Position numbers and translations under genes: made by a program
Source of the DNA: a virus
Virus record (IMG/VR): IMGVR_UViG_3300045988_157946
Reading direction: 5' to 3' (one strand)
Length of the DNA: 38,786 nt
The notes under the pieces: generated by a model
Told to the model about the DNA's origin: nothing
What the model saw: the letters and a program-made list of their open reading frames with translations, nothing else
Databases searched by the model: none
Part shown: piece after piece, positions 1 to 7,100 of the stretch
Position numbering within the stretch: position 1 is the stretch's first letter
How the letters are laid out: every line of letters begins with the position of its first letter

Positions 1-44
1 GATGTGGGGATTCGAACCCCAGAAGCCTCGTTAAAGACTTACAC
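1..44. repeat. attL core (direct repeat, identical to 38743..38786)
   Basis: gatgtggggattcgaaccccagaagcctcgttaaagacttacac occurs at both ends. The right copy is cut by the window edge, so the true core may be longer. Confidence 0.9.
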
Positions 45-57
45 GATTTCCAATCTC
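1..57 (-). other. Displaced 3' fragment of tRNA-Ser(GGA): T-arm, long variable arm and anticodon loop, no 5' half
   Basis: The reverse complement reads ..GA TTGGAAA TCGTG TAAGTCTTTAACGAGGCTTC TGGGG TTCGAAT CCCCA CATC. It shows a GGTTCGAATCC T-loop, a roughly 20-nt variable arm and a U-GGA-A anticodon loop. Sequence beyond position 57 has no D-arm. Confidence 0.6.
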
Positions 58-221
58 ATATTTTTCTTGTAAACACAATGGGTTTTATAGCAAGTACAAC
101 AATAGTAATACAGTATATTATTAGTGATACAAAAACAACCTCAGTTACTCAGCCGAGAGCGGTTTTTCTTATTTTTATATGTTGCCATTTGTTTTTTTAC
201 TAAATGAATGTTGTAGGACTA

Positions 222-242
222 ATTGCTCCCTTTATTGCTCCC
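222..242 (+). repeat. Tandem ATTGCTCCC x2 (12-bp period) in the attL arm
   Basis: attgctccc at 222..230 and 234..242. Function unknown; possibly a protein-binding arm site. Confidence 0.4.
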
Positions 243-273
243 ATAAAAATAATATGATTTTTTTATAAAAGCC

Positions 274-302
274 TTGACACATCACCCAATGAGTGATACA
301 AT
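274..302 (+). promoter_or_regulatory. Near-consensus sigma-70-type promoter of the attL-proximal cassette
   Basis: TTGACA (274..279), a 17-nt spacer, then TACAAT (297..302). The spacer contains the inverted repeat ATCAC..GTGAT. Confidence 0.65.
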
Positions 303-421
303 ATAATTGTTGAGAGGGAGAAGCGCTCTCGTTCTTGACAATATGGTGGCAAGTACCACTCATCGCACCTTTAATATAACACAATTAAGCAAAAAGGCAA
401 GATATATTTAAGGAGATTATT

Positions 422-913
422 ATGACTATCAAAGAAGCAAGATTGGCTAAGAATTTAACTCAACAAGCACTTTCGGAATACCTTGGCATTTCAAAAAGAA
501 ATATCGAAAATTGGGAAGCAGGCAAAAGAAAATGCCCTGATTGGTGTGAAAAGCTTATAATAGATAAAATTTTAAGCTACAACGCAAGCAATCAATACAC
601 CGTGATTTATGCAGACCGACAGGGCTTACACGAGATATTCAGTAGTGATGATTATAACGCTTGTGAAGAAGAAAGAATCAACTTTTCTAAAAAGATAAAT
701 CCGTCTGTCAAAGGAATTACTGAAGATTGTTATGTCGTAAGCAGGGCTGAGCAATGCCAAAATAATTTGCGAAATTCAGCATTAAATATATATTTGTCAA
801 AATTAACACCTGAGGAAAAAAGTGAGATTGTCGAAATTGACGGAAGGAAATTTAATAAAGCAGTAATGAATTTCGCTGAGCTTTTCAATAATATTATTGA
901 AAAGGATAATTAA
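422..913 (+). CDS. XRE-family HTH protein with an uncharacterised C-terminal domain of about 105 aa
   Basis: AAGGAG lies 7 nt upstream of the ATG. The N-terminus LTQQALSEYLGISKRNIENWEAGKRKCP is a Cro/C1-type HTH. I recognise no motif in the C-terminal part. Confidence 0.8.
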   Translation: MTIKEARLAKNLTQQALSEYLGISKRNIENWEAGKRKCPDWCEKLIIDKILSYNASNQYTVIYADRQGLHEIFSSDDYNACEEERINFSKKINPSVKGITEDCYVVSRAEQCQNNLRNSALNIYLSKLTPEEKSEIVEIDGRKFNKAVMNFAELFNNIIEKDN

Positions 914-924
914 AGGGTGTATTT

Positions 925-1527
925 ATGAATATTATTCACATCGATGAAAAATCATATAGTCAACTAATGACTTGGAAAGCTGAAAATCACGAATTAATCA
1001 AAGCAGTATCTCCTTATAGCCGTTACTATTTCGAAAAAGTTCAAGTTGATTTTGGAATTTATCCTAATAATAATGGCAAATTGCTTGTAGCATATTTTGA
1101 GAAAAAGCACGATTATTTAGAATTTCGTGTTAAATATGACAAAGTGCAAATTGCCAAAGGCAAAATAGAAGCTGCACCTGAAGGAATTAACGACTACGGC
1201 ATTCATTACCGATTAAACGACAGCGTTGATAATAGCGACAAGATTCAGCACATTCTTTATATGATAGTCGAAAGCTATATTTCTGTTAACGCATTAATTA
1301 TTTATGGTAATCTTGTTGACGGTTCTTCGACGACCGTCAGGTCAAGAAGTGAGGATAATGATAAGCATTATTTCGTTAAGAAATTTCAAAACAAACTGTA
1401 TGCCATTACTTCGCATACTCACCGTTCCCCTGAGGGAGTATTTAGTGTAAGAGGACATTTTCGCAAATATAAAAGCGGAAAAGTAATATGGATAGACGAA
1501 TTTTTAAAAGGCAATAAAGAAAAATAG
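925..1527 (+). CDS. Hypothetical 200-aa protein, second gene of the cassette
   Basis: It starts 11 nt after the upstream stop and has an AGGGTG RBS-like element. There are no TM segments. The C-terminus is basic (SVRGHFRKYKSGKVIWIDEFLKG). I recognise no catalytic motif. Confidence 0.7.
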   Translation: MNIIHIDEKSYSQLMTWKAENHELIKAVSPYSRYYFEKVQVDFGIYPNNNGKLLVAYFEKKHDYLEFRVKYDKVQIAKGKIEAAPEGINDYGIHYRLNDSVDNSDKIQHILYMIVESYISVNALIIYGNLVDGSSTTVRSRSEDNDKHYFVKKFQNKLYAITSHTHRSPEGVFSVRGHFRKYKSGKVIWIDEFLKGNKEK

Positions 1528-1534
1528 CAAAACA

Positions 1535-1570
1535 GAAACGCCCTCAGCTCATACGAGCCGAGGGCGTTTC
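1535..1570. terminator. Bidirectional hairpin terminator between convergent genes
   Basis: GAAACGCCCTCAGCTC-ATAC-GAGCCGAGGGCGTTTC forms a 16-bp stem with one mismatch. A T-rich tract follows on the - strand. Confidence 0.7.
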
Positions 1571-1643
1571 TAATGAGATACGTAGTTTTTGGTATCGGAC
1601 TACGTGTTGTTATAATATCAATTATATTATGCTTTGTCAATAA

Positions 1644-2507
1644 TTATTTCAAATACGTTTTTGCAACATAATATGTAGCGCTGCCGTATTTGACTTTAGA
1701 CATTGTATATTTCTTGCCTTTGATTTTTTTAGTGCCGGCTGAAGCTCTTACAAGTTCAACCTTTGTATTGTTAGGAATAAGCGTGTGAGCTTCTTTGTCG
1801 CCGAGTGCCTTATAAGCATTCAAGCCGCCGTTTGCCTTGACCGTCTTGTAAACCTTAGCTTCTTTAAGATTTTTTTGATTTTTCGGTCGAAGAATACCGT
1901 TTACTGTTGATGAATTATAAGTTTTCTCTCTGAGTGTCATTTTATCGCCGTTCCCGGTTGCATTTTGGTCGTAATACTTAACCTTGCCGTTCTTAGTAGG
2001 CTCGGCAATAACAAAAATATGGCCGTATGTACCTGATGTTCTGATTCCGATATCACCCTTTTTGAGTTCGCCGTTTTTGTATGTAGGTGTAATAAAAACA
2101 AAATTCTTTTTGAGCCACGCAGATGATTTACGATTAGTCCACCAATATTTTGCATTGCCCCAAAAGCCTTTATCAAGTCCAAGGCATTCGTGGATATAGC
2201 AGTCAATTAAATCCACGCACTGCACACCGTAAACACCGTCATAGTTTGTTTTCTTGCCGAGGAATTTTTTAACCCAAGCAGAAAACTTCATACCGTTTGA
2301 GCCGCCTTTCTGCTCAATGTTCATAACAGCGGACAAGCCTGCTGCTACCGCCGAGGCAAGAACACCGAGAAGTGCCGCCTTAAGTGCGGACTTATCCTGT
2401 GTAAAATCAACCGTCGGCAAAGCGACTACAAGAAAAGCAATAAGTGCCTGAATGAATGTTTTTGCAACTCTGATGAGTGCTTCTTTGGTTAATGTGTAAT
2501 TTTTCAT
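1644..2507 (-). CDS. Endolysin with an N-terminal two-TM holin-like domain, a CHAP domain and a C-terminal SH3b-like wall-binding domain
   Basis: Two hydrophobic helices (FIQALIAFLVVALP and ALLGVLASAVAAGLSAV). CHAP Cys in GVQCVDLI and His in GHIFVIAE. The C-terminus KVYKTVKANGGLNAYK..KKYTMSKVKYG..YYVAKTYL is SH3-like. Confidence 0.8.
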   Translation of the reverse strand: MKNYTLTKEALIRVAKTFIQALIAFLVVALPTVDFTQDKSALKAALLGVLASAVAAGLSAVMNIEQKGGSNGMKFSAWVKKFLGKKTNYDGVYGVQCVDLIDCYIHECLGLDKGFWGNAKYWWTNRKSSAWLKKNFVFITPTYKNGELKKGDIGIRTSGTYGHIFVIAEPTKNGKVKYYDQNATGNGDKMTLREKTYNSSTVNGILRPKNQKNLKEAKVYKTVKANGGLNAYKALGDKEAHTLIPNNTKVELVRASAGTKKIKGKKYTMSKVKYGSATYYVAKTYLK

Positions 2508-2523
2508 AATTTTTTACTCCTTT

Positions 2524-2778
2524 TTATTTTAATCTATCTTCAAGGTCCTTAATTCTATGGTCGGCAACGCTAACCTTATTTTCAAGCACAGGCACACGCT
2601 GTGCAAAGTTATTATGTTGTCGAACTTCTCTTGTAAGTTCCTCGATTTTGGTATCTGTAACTGCTTGATTTTTTTCAAGCTCTTTTTGCATTTTTCGGCT
2701 GTTACCGATATTTGTAACGATAACTCCGAGAAAAGTTAAGCCGCCTGTTATTAATGCGACTAATACTTCATCTGTCAT
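2524..2778 (-). CDS. Putative holin or lysis-associated membrane protein (N-terminal TM plus coiled coil)
   Basis: 84 aa with a TM helix (VLVALITGGLTFLGVIVT) followed by a charged coiled coil. It lies immediately upstream of the lysin and overlaps the preceding gene by ATGA. Confidence 0.5.
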   Translation of the reverse strand: MTDEVLVALITGGLTFLGVIVTNIGNSRKMQKELEKNQAVTDTKIEELTREVRQHNNFAQRVPVLENKVSVADHRIKDLEDRLK

Positions 2779-3086
2779 ATCATCACCTCGGCTTGCTGTT
2801 GTTTTTCGATTTCTGCCTTTGCCTCAGGCGTAACTTCTCGCCAATTATCGGCAGAGAGCAAAGGCTCTGTGCCCTCCAACTCTCTGATTTTTGCACGGAG
2901 TTTTTCCGTGTAGGCTATCTGCTCTTGATATTCTTCTACAGTTGCAACTCCCATAGCAATTTTTACGCCTATGTAATCATAGCTTGCAAGCTCCTGCTTT
3001 AGTGCTTGAATTTCAGCCTGTGGGTCAGGTGTAAAGATTTCATCTTTGACATCAAGATATTCACCATTAATTAATGCTCTACTCAT
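2775..3086 (-). CDS. Hypothetical protein downstream of the tail fibre (start re-assigned to an internal Met)
   Basis: AAGGAGAG lies 9 nt upstream of the ATG at 3086. The longer track ORF (to 3182) would overlap the fibre gene by about 100 nt. Confidence 0.6.
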   Translation of the reverse strand: MSRALINGEYLDVKDEIFTPDPQAEIQALKQELASYDYIGVKIAMGVATVEEYQEQIAYTEKLRAKIRELEGTEPLLSADNWREVTPEAKAEIEKQQQAEVMI

Positions 3087-4116
3087 TTGCTGCCACTCTC
3101 CTTTTCGCCCATATGCGTATTCTCGTTCCGGGATTAAATACCGAAGTGTCAACATCAAAATAAATCCCAATTGTATCATCAACCGCTTGAAAAGCCTGCA
3201 TCGCTCCGTATCTAATTGCTTTTTGGCTGCTCTTTACTCCCACATAACTGTAGTTCACAATTACATCTTCGTTCATTTTCTGTGCGTGAATAACAGCAAG
3301 AACGTGTGATGACAATTTATCAACATATATGTTATGTGCGCCCCAAAGTATTGAGCGTAGAAAACCACTTGTAGAATGGTTTATCTGTATAAAATCATCG
3401 TTGGTAATTTCTATATGCACTTCAACTGCGTTTTTTATTTCATATTCGATTTTATTTACTTCCTCTTGCACCGTAGTATCTACTGCCAACTCCCACTTTT
3501 CGGATGAGCCTTGCGGTCCTTGTATTCCTGTGTCACCCTTTGGTCCTTGTTCGCCCTGCGGTCCTGTGTCACCTTTTGGTCCTTGTTCACCCTGCGGTCC
3601 TGTGTCACCTTTTTCGCCTTTAAGTTCGCCGTTCGCAAGCTTTGTTTCAAGCATTTCGGATATATCATTAGCTCGCTTAGTAGCCTCTTGTGATTTAACC
3701 GTTTCACTCGCAAGCGCCGAATAATCAGACATTGAGGTTATCCTATTTTCGTCGGTGAGCACGTCATACACCTCTATATTAAATCTCGGTGTAGTTAAAA
3801 GCTGAGCGCCTGCTGCATTTGAATCGTATATCCTCAATTCACACTCAACAGTACCTGCTGCCGTAATAAGCTGCTTTTCGACGTCAACAATAGCCATTCC
3901 GTTTTCAATAGCGCAATCCTTATATATCACATTACCGTCAGTCTTTTTGCCATATATTGTAGCAATCATATCACCGCCAAGTATAAAGGCTTTTCCGCCG
4001 TCGGTAAGGGATATAACTATCCTTCTTGAATTAACATCATTTAGCTTAACGTCTATGCTCCATTGTGCACCGCTTTTTTGCAAATCAAGAGATTTTCGAT
4101 AAACTTGTTTTTCCAT
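3079..4116 (-). CDS. Tail fibre / receptor-binding protein: BppU-N-like domain, collagen-like Gly-X-Y stalk and C-terminal head domain
   Basis: The N-terminal pattern [41 protein letters not shown] matches my recollection of the BppU N-terminal domain. The stalk is [37 protein letters not shown]. Confidence 0.75.
   Translation of the reverse strand: MEKQVYRKSLDLQKSGAQWSIDVKLNDVNSRRIVISLTDGGKAFILGGDMIATIYGKKTDGNVIYKDCAIENGMAIVDVEKQLITAAGTVECELRIYDSNAAGAQLLTTPRFNIEVYDVLTDENRITSMSDYSALASETVKSQEATKRANDISEMLETKLANGELKGEKGDTGPQGEQGPKGDTGPQGEQGPKGDTGIQGPQGSSEKWELAVDTTVQEEVNKIEYEIKNAVEVHIEITNDDFIQINHSTSGFLRSILWGAHNIYVDKLSSHVLAVIHAQKMNEDVIVNYSYVGVKSSQKAIRYGAMQAFQAVDDTIGIYFDVDTSVFNPGTRIRIWAKRRVAANE
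3527..3613. repeat. 36-bp tandem repeat (about 2.4 copies) encoding collagen-like [12 protein letters not shown] units
   Basis: Units at 3527..3562 and 3563..3598 differ at about 2 positions. A partial third unit follows. Confidence 0.85.
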
Positions 4117-4135
4117 ATAATCACCTCTTGAAATA

Positions 4136-4170
4136 ATTATACAAAAAGAACGAGGGTGTTTGTCACACCC
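4136..4170 (-). promoter_or_regulatory. Late-promoter candidate 3 (upstream of the tail fibre gene): GGGTGTGACA-N19-TATAAT
   Basis: On the - strand GGGTGTGACA is the reverse complement of 4161..4170 and TATAAT is the reverse complement of 4136..4141, exactly 19 nt apart. The same architecture occurs at 23343..23377 and 27683..27717. Confidence 0.55.
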
Positions 4171-4173
4171 TCG
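4141..4173 (-). terminator. Rho-independent terminator after the giant ORF, overlapping the late-promoter motif
   Basis: CGAGGGTGT-GACAA-ACACCCTCG forms a 9-bp stem and is followed by TTCTTTTTGT on the - strand. Confidence 0.65.
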
Positions 4174-4180
4174 CCGTTAA

Positions 4181-7100
4181 TTATTTGAGCCAATATTTAT
4201 TTATATAATTAATAACATCCGTTCTATTACCATACAATCCTGTTTTCGTCATTATAGTAATTATCTTAGCTTTTTCATCAGCATTACCGTTAATGAATTT
4301 CGCTTTATATTGATTGGCAATAGAAGTTCTGATACCAAAAACGGCATTATCCTGCGTCATACCGTTAGCAACTTTAGCCTTAATTCTGTTATCAACATAA
4401 TTACGAATGTTCTTGGTATCGTTTGACTTAAACGCTTCAACCATTGCCTCGGTATTATAAGACGACGCTTCCCAATTTGTAAAATCCTCATCATCAAAAT
4501 AGCCTGTTGATTCAAGTTTAGTTTTAATTTGACTGCGTTTTGAATTATCCGCAGCTAAATATTCTTCCTTAAAAGCACTCTTTAATGATGATTTTATGCT
4601 TCTTTCGGCCTCTGTCTTTGTCTTGCCGTTGCTTATATCGGTTGCAATATTGCCGTCAATAACAGTTTTCAAAACCGATTTATCACCGCTGTTTAAAGCG
4701 TTTATCAAGTCAGTTTTGTTATAAAGCTTACTGTCTTTGCTATCCTGTTCCTCGTCAATCTCGACCATATCAATTGCTTTTTTGACAGTTTCCTTATCCG
4801 TTCCGCTTGATATAAGCGTTTCAAGCGATTGCTTATATTTTTTGTCGTCGCTGTCCGCCTTATATCCTGCTGCCTTTTGAATTTCGGAAGAATAGGCTTT
4901 AATTGCTTTATAGGCAATCTCGTAGTCAAAGCCGTCGCTTTCAAGCTCTTTAGCGGTATTAATTGCCGTGCCAATATCTCCGTCAAGATATGCAAGGCCT
5001 GCTGTAGCAACTCGCTCGTCATTTTCTATCAATCCCTTCTTGATATAATTATCGGGATTAGAAACATTATCGGCAATGCGCTTATACATGTCCTTGTTGC
5101 CGTCCTTAATTGCCTCATATATCATTTGTTGCTTGTCTTTTTCAGGAAATAGGTCAAGGCCAAATACAGCAAGCACATCATCAGTAAGTAAAGCCTCTTT
5201 AATTTCCGATTGTGTAGCTTCTTTTGCCATTGAAGGATTGAAACTGTTTCCATTCTTTGCACCTTTGATAACATTTTCCACGCTGTTAATATCACGAATT
5301 ACGTTTTTTATCGGCAAGCCGAAAAATGCGCCAATCGAGCCGGCAAGACTTTCAATTTTTTGTGTATAGGTAAGATTGTCACTATTCAGATTGTGAATTG
5401 AATTATACAAATCACTAAACACCGACATATCTGCCCTTGTCACATCATAGCCTTGGAATACAGATATAGCGTCTTTAAGAAAGGCTATTTGATTAACAGG
5501 GTTAGCATTGTCAATAAAATTAGGAATAAGCTCAGCAATATATTTTTCAGCATACGTTTTATCGTCATCATCATTACGTGCGGCGGTTACAATTGATTGA
5601 AGAAGAGCGTTTATAACACTTGCAATAACAAGTGAAGCAACAATTCTCGTGGCCTTTTTCTTGCTAAACTTTCCACGTTTTGCCTGAACGGTTGCATTGA
5701 AAAGCATATTAAGTGAAGTAGTCGGCTCTGCCATAAATGCAGTTGCCATTTTAACGGCGCCGTTTTTACTCCTCATTAAAGCCGAACGTGAAAATACCGA
5801 ATCATATACCTGTGTTTTTGTTATAACCTCAGTAAATCGTTCGCCGGCCTTTTGCAAACTTTCCTCTGTTGATAAATCAGGATATTTATCCTTGGTTTCC
5901 GCCTTGCAGGCATTCCAAATGTGAGACCAGGTTATTTCGTCAGCCTTTGAAGCCACATATCCAAATACCTCATCACGAAACGCTCCGTCCTTAAAAAATG
6001 CCGCAATCTTTTCCTTACCCTTATAATCAATATTATTAAGATAATCAATCGTACTTTGCGCCATGTTAGTATCAAAATATCCCATTTCCTTAATAATAGC
6101 AACAGGAGCATATTTCTTTATTTCCTCATAACTGCGCTTCGTAAATGTAGTTTTTGCGAAATATTTGGTATCAATGATTGATAACGCTCTGCCTATTGCC
6201 GACGGCTGCTGAATTGCAACGGAAGCGGAAGCAAAAACAGCATTTTTCTTGAACATACTTGTAAGTTTATCAACAATATCCGAGCCTGCTTCATGCACGA
6301 CACCGCCGTTAAGGTCCTCAAGCAAATCGCTTATATATCCTGTTGCCTTCTTACCGTATGCATTTTCCACTAAAGTTCTGATAGAACTAAACTCGTCGCC
6401 GTTGCTCGAATGATAATTATAAACCCGGTCGAAATTTTCAAGCGGTAAAGCAAAGGCATTATAGCTTGCCATTTCATCAACGTGGCTCGCCCATACGTTG
6501 TCAAATTCTTCAAGTAAAAGCGGATTTTTTGCTTTTTCAACAATCGCATTAGTAAAGCCTGAATTAATGATTTTTTTAGCGCCAATAGTTTCCATACTGC
6601 TTCTGTGCATGTAGTTTTTAGCGGTACGTGCAGGATAATAATTTTCTTCCTTAAAAAGTTCAACGTCATATAGCCGTCTTGATATCTCGTTGCCCTTTTC
6701 CGCCATATCGGTTGAAAGATATTTAACCATGTCACGAACATAATTCCTTTGTTCGTCGCTTAGCATTGACCTGATTTTTGATATATCCGAATAACTGAGC
6801 CTGTGAGTTAAACTGTCATTCCACTTTGAGCTTTTATCCTTAAGCGTTTGAATAGCACTTTTAGGCTTATCAGTCACTACAATACCGCCATGGATAATAT
6901 GATTAAGCGTTTGCTTTCGATTGCTCATTGCATATATCGCCATTATCTGTTCAAGGTTTAAATTAAGCTTGTCGCCTAATGAAGTTGTTATATCATAACG
7001 TTTCTTCCTATCCCAGCTTTTCCAATCGTATTTTTCTCTGACATCATCAGCGTAATTTTTGCTGTTGTCTATCGTAACCGCCCATGTGTCCTCACCTTTT

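Noticed and set aside
142-176. Degenerate copy of the 1535..1570 terminator (cctcagttactcagccgagagcggttt)
   Set aside because: It shares short strings with the real terminator, but the left arm does not pair. It is possibly a decayed remnant and is not a functional hairpin.
79-204. 41-codon + strand ORF in the attL arm
   Set aside because: There is no Shine-Dalgarno sequence. The product is hydrophobic and low-complexity, and the region is better explained as att arm DNA.
335-363. Second TTGACA in the cassette leader as an additional promoter
   Set aside because: The hexamer 17 nt downstream is ACTCAT, a poor -10. No alternative -10 lies at the proper spacing.
1419-1640. 73-codon - strand ORF
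   Set aside because: It spans the bidirectional terminator hairpin and overlaps the 3' end of the 200-aa gene on the opposite strand. There is no RBS.
2775-3182. Longer versions of several track ORFs (2775..3182, 16901..17137, 33452..33841, 33807..34136, 34789..35010, 37504..38580)
   Set aside because: The upstream-most Met gives long overlaps with the preceding gene and has no RBS. Internal Met codons with good Shine-Dalgarno spacing or ATGA coupling were preferred.
3527-3613. Possible CRISPR-like array
   Set aside because: The units are contiguous with no spacers and lie in frame inside a coding region. This is a coding tandem repeat, not a CRISPR array.
3329-3724. ORFs on both strands over the collagen-like repeat (3329..3724 +, 3480..3713 -, 3511..3693 +)
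   Set aside because: They are artefacts of the repetitive Gly-X-Y coding DNA, which stays open in several frames.
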